This document shows, in pieces, positions 39,411 through 49,096 of a stretch of DNA of 64,000 nt; within the stretch, counting starts at the first letter, position 1, and each line of letters opens with the position of its first letter. A model generated the notes under the pieces. It did not search any database and had not been told where the DNA came from. It saw only the letters and a list, made by a program, of their open reading frames with translations. The translations under genes and the position numbers were made by a program. This stretch comes from Candidatus Uhrbacteria bacterium RIFCSPLOWO2_01_FULL_47_17 (GTDB lineage: Bacteria > Patescibacteriota > Patescibacteriia > UBA9934 > GWF2-40-263), in assembly GCA_001791305.1 (NCBI GenBank), contig MGEI01000003.1:13926-77925 (forward strand), written 5' to 3'.

Positions 39411-40391
39411 ATGGAAAAGAAATTCGTCTCCAATAAAGCGTTTCTCGTAAATCCGCAAGGGAAAATCTTGTTTGTTCGGCATACGGGCAAAAATCCGGAT
39501 GCGTGCTATGAACCACCGGGCGGGCGCATGGATGCAAATGAATCTTTGCTCGAGGGGCTTCAACGAGAATTGCGTGAGGAGCTTGGAATTGAAATCGAAC
39601 CATCAAAAGCGCGACCGTTCCACACGGACCATTGGCGATTTGAGGATGGTGATCAGGACGCAGTCGTTGGAATTTTTTACATTGTTCCGATCGGAGACGT
39701 TTCTGTTCAACTTTCGCATGAGCACACAGAACATGTCTGGATTGATCCGCGACAAGAAACAACGGTTCCTATGTTCGAGTCTCTCCGCCGCGCTCTCGAC
39801 GTGTATCGCGCGCATGAGGGAATTGTGATCGCAAACGATCGTGATCTCATCGGCCATCAAGGTTTCGGCCTCATTCAAGTGATCACCGGAAACGGAAAAG
39901 GGAAGACCACGTCCGCGACCGGACTTATGGTTCGCGCGGTTGGTGCCTCGAAAAAAGTTGGTGTTGTGTATTTCGACAAAGGCGGTGAGTCGCATTATTT
40001 TGAACGTGATGTTCTGCGCAACCTCGGTGTCGATCTTGTAGCAACCGGTCGAGACAGAATCGATCCCATCACAGGTCGATTTGATTTTTCGATTCAACAC
40101 GTCGATCGAGAGGAAGCCGCTCGCGGACTTCTCGAAGTTGAGCGCATGTTCGAAGCAGGCTACGACCTCATCATCATGGACGAGATCAACTCGACAACGG
40201 ATCTTGGAATGCTCGCCGCTGAGGATGTTCTCGCATTACTCGAGAAGAAGCCCGAGAAGACAGAGCTCGTGTTTACAGGACGAAACGCCCCGCAGGCATT
40301 CCGCGATCGCGCGCATCTCGTGAGCGAGGTTGGACTGAAGAAACATTATTTCTATTCTGGCGTGAAAGCGCGCGAGGGATTGGATTTTTAA
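39411..40391 (+). CDS. Fusion of an N-terminal Nudix hydrolase and a C-terminal ATP:cob(I)alamin adenosyltransferase (CobA/CobO/BtuR family)
   Basis: Nudix box GGRMDANESLLEGLQRELREELGIE; C-terminal GLIQVITGNGKGKTTSATGLMVRAVGASKKVGVVYFDKGG...DLIIMDE matches the CobA/BtuR P-loop family. Confidence 0.65.
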   Translation: MEKKFVSNKAFLVNPQGKILFVRHTGKNPDACYEPPGGRMDANESLLEGLQRELREELGIEIEPSKARPFHTDHWRFEDGDQDAVVGIFYIVPIGDVSVQLSHEHTEHVWIDPRQETTVPMFESLRRALDVYRAHEGIVIANDRDLIGHQGFGLIQVITGNGKGKTTSATGLMVRAVGASKKVGVVYFDKGGESHYFERDVLRNLGVDLVATGRDRIDPITGRFDFSIQHVDREEAARGLLEVERMFEAGYDLIIMDEINSTTDLGMLAAEDVLALLEKKPEKTELVFTGRNAPQAFRDRAHLVSEVGLKKHYFYSGVKAREGLDF

Positions 40392-40416
40392 AAACACCCA
40401 CACGGGTGTTTTTTTA

Positions 40417-41148
40417 TTATTGTTTATACCTCTTCACAAACCGTTTCAAAATTTCCATCGGTACGGTGATGTTCTCGCGTCTCACTTCATCCTTCACTTG
40501 TTCCGCTTGATCAAGAGGGAAGTAGCCAAGATGTTTGTAGATTTCAATACGCACGCACATTCCTTCGACATCGAGTTCTGGGTGAAATTGTGAGGCATAC
40601 ACATTTTGTCCCATACGGAACAGATGTGGTGGACAGTCTTTCGACGATGCGAGTAATGTTCCGCCTTCCGGAACTCGCGCCGCCGCCTCTTTGTGTCCAA
40701 CAAATCCGCGGAATTTTCGAGGAAGCCCTGCGAGCAGTGGATCGTATGTACCTTCTTCCGTCACGAACAGATCGACGGCGCCTGGTTTTTCATGAAAGTC
40801 ATGTGTGATTTCGACATCAAGTGCCTTTGTGAGAATCTCAAGTCCGTAGCAAATCGCAAAACACGGAAAATCTTTTTCAACCACTTCACGCATGAGCGGC
40901 ATGAACTTTTCTTCGGCCTGCTTTTGCACTTCCGTTTTTTTCTCATCCGGATCCCCTGGATTCCAAGGTCCTCCACCGATCATCACTGCCGAGTAGTCCT
41001 CGAAGTTCACCTCCGGCACACCGACTTGCTCAACACGCACGCGATGCACATCATCCGCCGAGAGTTCTCCGAATTTCAAAATCGCTTCATACTCACCATC
41101 TGATGCCGCGTCTTCTGGTCGAATCTGGAGAAGGAGAATGGGTTTCAT
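40417..41148 (-). CDS. Class I glutamine amidotransferase-like protein
   Basis: CFAICYGLE (nucleophile elbow Cys) and QFHPE (His-Glu) in GATase1 spacing. Confidence 0.55.
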   Translation of the reverse strand: MKPILLLQIRPEDAASDGEYEAILKFGELSADDVHRVRVEQVGVPEVNFEDYSAVMIGGGPWNPGDPDEKKTEVQKQAEEKFMPLMREVVEKDFPCFAICYGLEILTKALDVEITHDFHEKPGAVDLFVTEEGTYDPLLAGLPRKFRGFVGHKEAAARVPEGGTLLASSKDCPPHLFRMGQNVYASQFHPELDVEGMCVRIEIYKHLGYFPLDQAEQVKDEVRRENITVPMEILKRFVKRYKQ

Positions 41149-41152
41149 AGTC

Positions 41153-41188
41153 GGGTACGTAGGGGTGCCCTTTATGGGTACCCATGCC
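41153..41188. repeat. Palindromic element family B, short intergenic copy
   Basis: gggtacgtaggggtgccctttatgggtacccatgcc shares both termini with the uvrA copy at 8620-8678. Confidence 0.45.
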
Positions 41189-41195
41189 TATTCAT

Positions 41196-41942
41196 TTATT
41201 CAAACTGTAAATACATCGCGGCATGGTCGGAAACCTCGTCGGGGAGTACTTGAAACTTGTTCACGAGAATTTCAGGCGATACAAGCGTGTAGTCCGCAAA
41301 TTTTTCCGGCTTTGTGTAGAACGAGGTACGTGTTGAGGTGATGTTGTTCTCGCGGATCAGATTACGCAAGCCGAGCATCTCGAATTTTTTTAAACTTTCC
41401 GTTTCAGGAGTGAGATTAAAATCGCCGCATAACACAACGGGATTGTCGATTGACTTAATCAACTCAATAATGCGATCCGATTGTGCGAGTCGATCTGGAG
41501 TATCCGTTTTGCCCTGTCCGTTCCAAAGTCCATGAAAATTCATGATCGTCCGATTTCCCTGTGGAGTCTCAATCGTAACATATTGCACGTTGCGTGCATG
41601 CGTCCCAATATCTCCTTCCGGAAGATATCCTTTAAAGTGATGCACAAAGACTTCGCCTTCCTCGATAACAGACAAATCTTTTTTGATGAGCATCATGAGG
41701 CCATAATCATTCAAGACATGGGGACGGAAATACACAGCATGATTCGGAAGGAGAGCGGAAATTTCTTGCATGCCGCTTGTCATGACATGTGTTTGATCGA
41801 TCTTGTCCTTTAAGGATTCATACGGTGCTGACCAAATCTCTTGTAAACAAAACACATCCACATCTTTGTATGTTTCAAAAAACGCAAGCAGATTTTCTTT
41901 CCCGGCGCGTCCGCCCCAGGTGTTGAGAGAGATAAGTTTCAT
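41196..41942 (-). CDS. Endonuclease/exonuclease/phosphatase (EEP) family protein
   Basis: MKLISLNTWGG...DVFCLQE...GDFNLTPE...SDHAAMYL: EEP catalytic motifs. Confidence 0.6.
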   Translation of the reverse strand: MKLISLNTWGGRAGKENLLAFFETYKDVDVFCLQEIWSAPYESLKDKIDQTHVMTSGMQEISALLPNHAVYFRPHVLNDYGLMMLIKKDLSVIEEGEVFVHHFKGYLPEGDIGTHARNVQYVTIETPQGNRTIMNFHGLWNGQGKTDTPDRLAQSDRIIELIKSIDNPVVLCGDFNLTPETESLKKFEMLGLRNLIRENNITSTRTSFYTKPEKFADYTLVSPEILVNKFQVLPDEVSDHAAMYLQFE

Positions 41943-41943
41943 A

Positions 41944-43158
41944 TTACTTTCCAAGCGCATTTAATCTTGCCGCAAGATCGATGTTTTTTGGTGTTGTCAC
42001 AAGAAGGATTAAACTGATGACGCATGTGACAACACCAATGATGCCGATCGTTTGCAAATGTCCGAATGCGCCAGAGAGGGATCCCGCAAGGACCGGACCA
42101 ACAATAAAGCCAAGATTGGTAAATGAATCCTGAAGTAATTCAATATCCTGTTCTTTGTTTGGAACATCAGAGACGTAATCTGCATACGCGCCGCGAATGG
42201 CGGGCCAGGTAATGCCTGTACAGACCGCACAGAGAAAACTAAGAAAGATAAGCGCGAACGGATTGCGGACGACCAAAAAAAGCATCATGAGTGTGGAGCC
42301 AACGAGAAGGGTGACAAATGCAACGCGTTTTTTTGAACGCTTTCCAATAATTTCTCCAATGATCCAACCAACAATTAAAAGAGGAAGTTCATGGGCAAAA
42401 AGAAAGAGTCCATTAAATTCAAATGGCCACGATGTTGGAAGTTCAATAAGCGGAGCGATCATCCAATACGTGGATTCGATCATCATGAGCATGGTTGAGA
42501 CCAAAAAAACGGGAAACAAGATACTGACCATGTCTTTGTGAAGATGCATTTCGGAAAAAAACGTGACAAGATGTTTTTTTGTTTTGGGTGTGTGTTTTTC
42601 TGGAGAGATGCGTCTGAGAACAAGATAAAAAATAAACGCGATTCCAAGAAATCCCCAGGCAAAGTAAAAAAGACTTGCGTCTAAGGAATCCTTCATGAAG
42701 GTGCTTGCAAGGATTGGCGCGATCAAATATCCAAACGCAATAAATACATCCACAACTCCGGCGCTCGACGCATGTTCTTCTTTTGGTTGTGTGCGTCCAA
42801 TAAAATCGAGCGTTCCGCAATTATACAAATCGTAATAAATGCCCCAGACAATCATTCCAAGAAACAAAAGCGGCATCGATTGCCCTTTCCAAAGAATGAG
42901 TGGAAACGTGGCAGCCATGAGAAGCATGACCAAAAACATGCGCCGATAGGTTGCTTTCTTTAAAATGTGTGTAAGCAGAAAATCAAAGATAATTCCCGCA
43001 ATCGATGAGCTTCCAATAATAAGTCCCATCTGCGCTTCTGATAACCCGGCGCCCGTAATAATAAGCGGCACATGAAACATCATCATTCCATCAAAAATGA
43101 GGAAAAAGAATAACATGATGCATAAGACATAGAGCGAACGGTGTGTTTTTCCATACAT
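41944..43158 (-). CDS. MFS transporter
   Basis: 12 predicted TM segments, MFS-like loop motifs; start trimmed to MYGKTHRS. Confidence 0.65.
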   Translation of the reverse strand: MYGKTHRSLYVLCIMLFFFLIFDGMMMFHVPLIITGAGLSEAQMGLIIGSSSIAGIIFDFLLTHILKKATYRRMFLVMLLMAATFPLILWKGQSMPLLFLGMIVWGIYYDLYNCGTLDFIGRTQPKEEHASSAGVVDVFIAFGYLIAPILASTFMKDSLDASLFYFAWGFLGIAFIFYLVLRRISPEKHTPKTKKHLVTFFSEMHLHKDMVSILFPVFLVSTMLMMIESTYWMIAPLIELPTSWPFEFNGLFLFAHELPLLIVGWIIGEIIGKRSKKRVAFVTLLVGSTLMMLFLVVRNPFALIFLSFLCAVCTGITWPAIRGAYADYVSDVPNKEQDIELLQDSFTNLGFIVGPVLAGSLSGAFGHLQTIGIIGVVTCVISLILLVTTPKNIDLAARLNALGK

Positions 43159-43296
43159 TTTGACATGAGAAAAGACGTGATAGATATTTGGCACATGCGT
43201 GAATTTAAGAATTGCTCTCAGTATATCATGGTTTTTAAGGGGTTTTGGATTGTTTCGAAAAAGAAAAAACCCATCGCTGTTCGCGAGGGGTTGAGG

Positions 43297-44268
43297 TTAC
43301 CGACCCAGACTTCCGGGATCTTTCCAGCTGTCGTAATCCACATACGCGGCGAAGATGGGCGCCGTGACGCCGTTGCGGGTGATGGCGAGCAGGAACGGCT
43401 TGTCGATGATGAGCTTGTTGTCGTGTGGCGACATGCTGCGCGACACCATCATTTCGTCCGCCGCACGAGCGCGCGCGCCGGTTTCGTTCATCTTGAGCGT
43501 GGCCTGCTGCATCGCTTGCGCGATGACGGCATACATTCCATTGTCACCGGTTGTGTGGAGTCCCGGCAACCAGTCGAGCGACTGCTTGCATGCAAGGTCC
43601 ACTTTTGGAATCACGACCGTGCACGAGCGCGCGCTTTGCTGGGCGCCTTTGATCATGACGTCGACGAGATTGAGCAGATTGAGAACATCCACGGGCGGAC
43701 GTTCCGCTTCCATGATGTGCACGATGTCACCGGACTTGGTACTGAGCATGATGTGATGACCGACCATCTGAAGATGTTCGTTGATGGCGGTCGGTTCAAA
43801 CGGATCATTCTTCAGTTCGAATCCAGCAAAGTGCTGGCCGCCTGGAATGATGATCGGAGTATTTGTGCCCGCCTTCAGCCACTCGACAAGAACGTCGAGA
43901 ACGGCCGCGGTGGCGATCGCCCCGTCCGTGAGCGGATCGGTGATCTGAGCCTGCCAGCCATGCTTGCGCAGGAAGGCGATGTGATTCTCAATGCTGTCGG
44001 TCGCGTTCGCTTCGATTTCGGGCACACGCGAGAGATCACGCATACCCGGTCCGTACGTGTATTGGAGCCAAAGATTCTGAACCTCGTTTGTGGGCTTCCA
44101 CACGCGATTTTCGCCGAGCATGAGATCCACGGCCTTGAGAGCCGCGACGGTGGTCAGAGGGGAAGTGGCAAGACTGCTCACGATGTTTTCCTTTGAAAGA
44201 GGCCTTTCTGCGTCAAACCCACCTTGGGTAGGACGCGTGAGAATACCGCATTTTGGGGATTTTGTCAA
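43297..44268 (-). CDS. Serpin-family protein (compact; true start probably downstream of the annotated ATG)
   Basis: C-terminal hinge and strand s1C motifs KMNETGARARAADEMMVSRS...IIDKPFLLAITRNGVTAPIFAAYV; N-terminal NIVSSLATSP like serpin N.FSP.S; GC-elevated; a promoter-like 16-mer lies inside the first 45 nt of the ORF. Confidence 0.5.
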   Translation of the reverse strand: MTKSPKCGILTRPTQGGFDAERPLSKENIVSSLATSPLTTVAALKAVDLMLGENRVWKPTNEVQNLWLQYTYGPGMRDLSRVPEIEANATDSIENHIAFLRKHGWQAQITDPLTDGAIATAAVLDVLVEWLKAGTNTPIIIPGGQHFAGFELKNDPFEPTAINEHLQMVGHHIMLSTKSGDIVHIMEAERPPVDVLNLLNLVDVMIKGAQQSARSCTVVIPKVDLACKQSLDWLPGLHTTGDNGMYAVIAQAMQQATLKMNETGARARAADEMMVSRSMSPHDNKLIIDKPFLLAITRNGVTAPIFAAYVDYDSWKDPGSLGR

Positions 44269-44453
44269 TGGTTTGACGTTCTTTTTCTTTGTGTTACGAT
44301 GAATTCAGTATGAAATCCCTCGTAACGCAATCCGTTCGTCGCGGAGCCCCCATTTGATGGCTCATCTTTGCGTTTCATTCCTGAAAATCAAAAACGAGTC
44401 ATCAAGTTGATGGCTCGTTTTGTTTCTCGAAAGGGGAACGCGGAGAGTGTGTC

Positions 44454-44969
44454 ATGTCAAACAACAAGCGTCCGAGCATCAAAGACATTCCAGATCGCTG
44501 CTGGGATGAATTGTCTCAGAACCTTCTTCCCGAAAAGGCGATTCTGCATACGCGCACGACGCCGGATCAGCTGAAGCGTGTCTATGAGGATGGATACGCG
44601 GTCATTGAATTGCGCGATGAACAGATCGTCGGATTTTTCGCCGCATGGCCGGTCGCTGAAGGCTTTCATGAAGTCGGAACGGCTTGGGTTCGCCCAGATT
44701 TGCGCGGTCACGGCATCGGACACGATTTGTATCTTGCCATGAAAGCATTGCTTGAGGTGCAAGATCGTTTGATCTTTGGTGTGACCACAAACCCGATTTC
44801 GGTTCATCTTGGTCACTTGATGAACCTTACGTCGCACACGAATTGGCGCGATCCCATTCCCTGGGAACTCACCTGCGGCCGCTGCGATAAATATCCTGAC
44901 CATGAAAAACATGCATGTCCGATTCGTGACACGGAGTGTCGTCTGCGGGTGATGAAGCCCGTGTCCTGA
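44454..44969 (+). CDS. GNAT-family N-acetyltransferase with Cys/His-rich C-terminal tail
   Basis: VGFFAAWPV...VRPDLRGHGIGHDLYLAMKAL = GNAT motif A (R-G-x-G-x-G). Confidence 0.6.
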   Translation: MSNNKRPSIKDIPDRCWDELSQNLLPEKAILHTRTTPDQLKRVYEDGYAVIELRDEQIVGFFAAWPVAEGFHEVGTAWVRPDLRGHGIGHDLYLAMKALLEVQDRLIFGVTTNPISVHLGHLMNLTSHTNWRDPIPWELTCGRCDKYPDHEKHACPIRDTECRLRVMKPVS

Positions 44970-45033
44970 CTGTGATTTTTGATCACAGTCTTTTTTTGAC
45001 GTGTTTACTTCAAACGACTAAAATACGTGGCAT

Positions 45034-48000
45034 ATGCCAGATGGATCACATCCAGGATACTCCGGATATAATGAAAAAAAGGGTTACGGTATTCACACAG
45101 AGAAACCAAAACCTGTTGAAAACATTCGACCTCCGGAAAAAGATCCGAAGAATTTTTTTGATCGAAAACGAGACGAATGGATGAATGCAATGAATGATCG
45201 AAATCTCGCGTCAGATATTGCCCAATCGATTCGTTCTGTTCTCTTTGCGATTCCAGAGGGAAAAACTCCGCGTACGCAAGAAGAGACGCACACGTTATAT
45301 GAAGGAATTGAAACACTAGTCCGAAATAAAATGATCTCGATGCGTCTTTCAGGGCTCTATGGAGATGACTTACGTTTTGTCACGCTACCACCCTGGTATC
45401 GAAAAGATTTTTTTGAATTTATTGATCACAAAATCCCATCCCTGCTTTTGGATAATCCAAAACAAGATCTTGATTCGTTTGCCATACTTGAGTCTGTTGA
45501 TTATGTGAACGACAAGACGCGTTGGCAACAAGAACATCGAGACGTCATTCACTCAAGTGAGCGTCTGGCAAAATTTGCCGATGCTGTTTCTCAGATTTTT
45601 ATTAAGGGAGATTATACATTGAGATATTTTGTGAATGCGTTTGAAACGTCCTATGCGGCTCCGCGCAGGGCGTATGGCTTTCATCGAGATTGGGGTTGGA
45701 GAGACGGTGCACAACAAGAACGAGAAGATGCCTATGAAAAAGAGATGGTTCAATTTAATGAGCAGGTAAAAGATGATGCGCTTTTTGATGCAACCATAGA
45801 AACACTCAAACAAATCACGTTACAGAATGACTCTTATCAATCTGAGATGGATTACGAAGGTTTCATCAGGCTGACTCCTGAAGATCGTGTTGAATTTTTG
45901 AGTAAGGTGCCACAGTTTTCTGCTAAGGGGATCGGTGCATCTTTTCTTTTGAATCATCGCGCTTACTTTAAAAACGCAGACCCATCGAAAGAGGGATTTG
46001 CGATGTTTCAAACCCCAAAAGAAAAATATGAGTGGCTTGATCGATGTTTGAATGCGATGTTTAATGGATATAGTCAAAAAAATAATGAACTCGTTGGAAT
46101 GTTTGTAAAAGAGGCGCTCGCGAATCCTGTACGTGATAAGAAGAAACAAAGTGGCATTGGATCCGCACAGTTAAAAGGAATCGATCCACGCATGGCGAGC
46201 GAAATCGACGAAGACTTGGATGAGGATCAAGATGACTCTTCGCGTGAAGCGCGTGAAGCAAACAATTTGCAAAGGCGTGCAAAAGAATTCGTTCAAAAGG
46301 CAATGGTGTCCGCAATTGACAATGGGTACATGTCTTTTGATACGTTTTCTAAGATGGAGAAACTGCTCGGAGAAACAGGATTAAAAATGGCTCGTGAATT
46401 CGATCGAACAGCCATACAGGTGATAAAGGATGAAGATTTGGGAAGTGCGGTGGGTTATGTGAATGATAAAAAGTTTGGAAGATATCTTCCAAACACCCAT
46501 AAGCAATTTGTTGCACGTATCATTGAAAAAGTCGGGGTTGATGCTTGGATAAGTGAAAGTGTTGCAGCGAGCTTTTCTTCTTTTATTAACCGACCGGACG
46601 CAGAAGAACTGGCGCGTAAGTTGTCGGGAAAACTTTCAAACGCACAAGCACTTTATAAATATTTTCTTGATTCTTCCGAATCAAAGCCTTGGCAAAAGAA
46701 TCTCATGTCAGAGATGGAAGCCATGTATACATCTGCCGTGTTAAACCCACCACCGCCAAAATCGCGCGATTTTGGAACAAAAGAAACGTTTCTTGATGCG
46801 GATCCATATGAAAAGCACCCACATAAATATGGGGGCAGCAGCATGCGTTTGGGTGATGTGATGTCCGGAAAGAAAACACCGGAAGAAATCGGGCTTGATT
46901 TGAATCCTGAAAACGTGGAATTTTTGCGTGAAGCGAATCGTATTTTGGATGAAGAGCATCAAGCATTTTTGGGTGCGGTTGATAAAAGCGCCCTCATTCC
47001 GCCGGAAGACAAGATTGCCTACATGAATCCGAAGGAAAGTTTGGTGAAGATGAATGATGTGAAAGAGACCGTTCGCGCATTTCTTGCGCGTTACTTGGCT
47101 CAATCGGTCGTAAAGCGCACAGATCAATTGACATCAAAGACGTTTTCATCTGAAGCACTTCGCGTCTTGATTCATGATGGGTATGCAAATTTCTTGGATG
47201 TCTACGCAACCGACATTCCGCTTTACGATAAGCTGTACGAAGAATTTGATGCGCTTCGTGAAGCCGGACGTTCTCCGCTTGAGGTGTATCTTGGTCGTGA
47301 CGGCATTTATGCCTACATTGGACGCAAAGCGCAAGACGCAATGCGTAAAGCGGTTCTTGGAAAAGAAAAAGTAGAGGGATTGCGCGCGGAGGGTGAGGTC
47401 GTTACGATCGAACCAAAATATTTGGTCTATCCAAGTTATGTGCGCGATGAGGTTGCGACAGACACAAAAATAGAATATTTGAATTACAGTGGCGTCACAA
47501 AAGAATCCGATCCCCTTTTTTATGACACAGGGTTTTCAGGAAGTATCCCTCAACAAATCATGCAAATCATGGGATTTGATAAAGCTCAAATTGAAGAGCG
47601 CATTCGCCTCCTTTCGGCTCCAACGAATGCACGTCGTATGCGCGGAATTCCGGCCAATGCAACATCAGATGTGGTTGGAAAAATTGAAGGGAATGCAAAA
47701 TCGGAAGACACAGCAAGTGGACTTGTCAAAAACAAAGAGACGGGAAGGATCACGCATTCTGCGAGGCCCGCACGCCCCGAGGATCAATTTAAGTTTTCCT
47801 TGATTCGCCAAGCGATTGCGCGTCATTACCTCATTCAGGAAAAATTGCATTACAAAGTTCCAGAAAATACGATTCTTGATTCGGAAAAGTTTACCCTGCG
47901 TATTCGTTCAGAATATGCGGAGCAGTTACCAGATGCATTCAAAAACAACCCGATCCAATTTTTAGAAACACAAGGCACGCCGGAAGACGGAGCGGTCCTC

Positions 48001-48498
48001 ATGAAACTCAAAGATGGAACGGAAGTGATGGCGCGTCGTGTTGCGTGGACAAAAACCGAGCAGGCTCAAACGGAATACGCGATTTTGATTTCCGCCAAAA
48101 AAGCCGGCGTGCCCGCTGCCGAACCAGTTGGGTTTGTCACAGGAAAATCGAAAGAAGATGAGAGTGTGATTCTCTCAAAGAAAATTGAGGGAGTTCCGGG
48201 AAAGCGTTTTGAGAAAACATTACGTGAGTCTGGATACACAGAAGAAAAAATCGCGGAGCTCATGCGCGAGCTTCAGGGACAGATCGAAGCGGTGACGTCT
48301 TTGCTCAAACAAACATTAAACATTACGGGAAACTGGAAGGTGAATGACGTCGCCGTTCAGTTCAATGAAGAAACAGGTGTAATTGAGCGCGTGATTCCGC
48401 TCAAGTGGGAACAAGTAAAACGACGCGATGAGGAAAAAGAAAAACGCGTGAGGGAATTGATTAAAAAGCCTGAAAGAGCTGATTATTATGACAGATAA
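45034..48498 (+). CDS. Large orphan protein (1,154 aa), mostly helical, C-terminal region with weak protein-kinase-like fold features
   Basis: No signal peptide or TM helix; no confident domain; C-terminal ...KKAGVPAAEPVGFV...ILSKKIEGVPG...NITGNWKVNDVAVQF only loosely resembles the RIO/Kdo-kinase layout. Confidence 0.5.
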   Translation: MPDGSHPGYSGYNEKKGYGIHTEKPKPVENIRPPEKDPKNFFDRKRDEWMNAMNDRNLASDIAQSIRSVLFAIPEGKTPRTQEETHTLYEGIETLVRNKMISMRLSGLYGDDLRFVTLPPWYRKDFFEFIDHKIPSLLLDNPKQDLDSFAILESVDYVNDKTRWQQEHRDVIHSSERLAKFADAVSQIFIKGDYTLRYFVNAFETSYAAPRRAYGFHRDWGWRDGAQQEREDAYEKEMVQFNEQVKDDALFDATIETLKQITLQNDSYQSEMDYEGFIRLTPEDRVEFLSKVPQFSAKGIGASFLLNHRAYFKNADPSKEGFAMFQTPKEKYEWLDRCLNAMFNGYSQKNNELVGMFVKEALANPVRDKKKQSGIGSAQLKGIDPRMASEIDEDLDEDQDDSSREAREANNLQRRAKEFVQKAMVSAIDNGYMSFDTFSKMEKLLGETGLKMAREFDRTAIQVIKDEDLGSAVGYVNDKKFGRYLPNTHKQFVARIIEKVGVDAWISESVAASFSSFINRPDAEELARKLSGKLSNAQALYKYFLDSSESKPWQKNLMSEMEAMYTSAVLNPPPPKSRDFGTKETFLDADPYEKHPHKYGGSSMRLGDVMSGKKTPEEIGLDLNPENVEFLREANRILDEEHQAFLGAVDKSALIPPEDKIAYMNPKESLVKMNDVKETVRAFLARYLAQSVVKRTDQLTSKTFSSEALRVLIHDGYANFLDVYATDIPLYDKLYEEFDALREAGRSPLEVYLGRDGIYAYIGRKAQDAMRKAVLGKEKVEGLRAEGEVVTIEPKYLVYPSYVRDEVATDTKIEYLNYSGVTKESDPLFYDTGFSGSIPQQIMQIMGFDKAQIEERIRLLSAPTNARRMRGIPANATSDVVGKIEGNAKSEDTASGLVKNKETGRITHSARPARPEDQFKFSLIRQAIARHYLIQEKLHYKVPENTILDSEKFTLRIRSEYAEQLPDAFKNNPIQFLETQGTPEDGAVLMKLKDGTEVMARRVAWTKTEQAQTEYAILISAKKAGVPAAEPVGFVTGKSKEDESVILSKKIEGVPGKRFEKTLRESGYTEEKIAELMRELQGQIEAVTSLLKQTLNITGNWKVNDVAVQFNEETGVIERVIPLKWEQVKRRDEEKEKRVRELIKKPERADYYDR

Positions 48499-48537
48499 AA
48501 AAGATGAACCGGAAACGGTTCATCTTTTTATTTTCGA

Positions 48538-49077
48538 ATGTTATACTTCGTTCATATGTGGATCCTCTTTCTCTTCGGCTTCATCCTCCTCGCCTCCTTC
48601 GCCTACGCCGCAAACGCCGGCGCGCCTTGGGTTCCCACATGGAAAAAAGATTTTGAACGCATTGTAAAACTCGCGGATCTTAAACCTGGTGAAACATTCA
48701 TCGAACTTGGATGTGGAAACGGACGAGTGTGTCGTGCGGTTGCGGCGAGATCGAAGGGTGCGCATGTTATTGGCCTTGAGCTTTCACTGCTTCAAGTTTG
48801 GATCGCTTGGCTACAGTCGAGAATTAGCGGTCTCACGAACATCAAAATCAAACTCGGCAATGCATTTCACACAAACCTCTCGAGCGTCGATGTTGTTTAT
48901 ATGTTTCTTATGCCGGAGACGTACGAGAAGATTCGTCCCAAACTCGAAAAAGAACTAAAGCCTGGCGCACGGGTGATCACCTATGTGTGGCCAATTCCAG
49001 GATGGACGCCGGATGTTGTGGATGAAGCGGAAGGGAGTCAGAAGATTTATTTATTCATCAAAAAACCCAACGGATAA
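48538..49077 (+). CDS. Class I SAM-dependent methyltransferase (small, N-terminal TM or signal helix)
   Basis: FIELGCGNGR motif I; VVYMFLMPE motif. Confidence 0.6.
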   Translation: MLYFVHMWILFLFGFILLASFAYAANAGAPWVPTWKKDFERIVKLADLKPGETFIELGCGNGRVCRAVAARSKGAHVIGLELSLLQVWIAWLQSRISGLTNIKIKLGNAFHTNLSSVDVVYMFLMPETYEKIRPKLEKELKPGARVITYVWPIPGWTPDVVDEAEGSQKIYLFIKKPNG

Positions 49078-49096
49078 TCCGTTGGGTTTTCGTTTT
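49066..49096. terminator. Bidirectional terminator hairpin CCCAACGGAtaaTCCGTTGGG with flanking A/T runs
   Basis: 9-bp perfect stem; A6 upstream, T-run downstream; lies between the convergent methyltransferase and the minus gene. Confidence 0.5.

Noticed and set aside
43141-44196. 351-aa plus-strand ORF antisense to the serpin-like gene
   Set aside because: Arg/Asp/Gly-rich low-information translation typical of a GC-rich antisense frame. The minus-strand product has specific serpin motifs.
44268-44268. Annotated ATG start of the serpin-like gene
   Set aside because: A promoter module (TTGACA-N17-TATTCT) lies within the first 45 nt downstream of this ATG on the coding strand, so the real start is probably further downstream. 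The position could not be fixed without data, so the ORF limits were reported with lower confidence.
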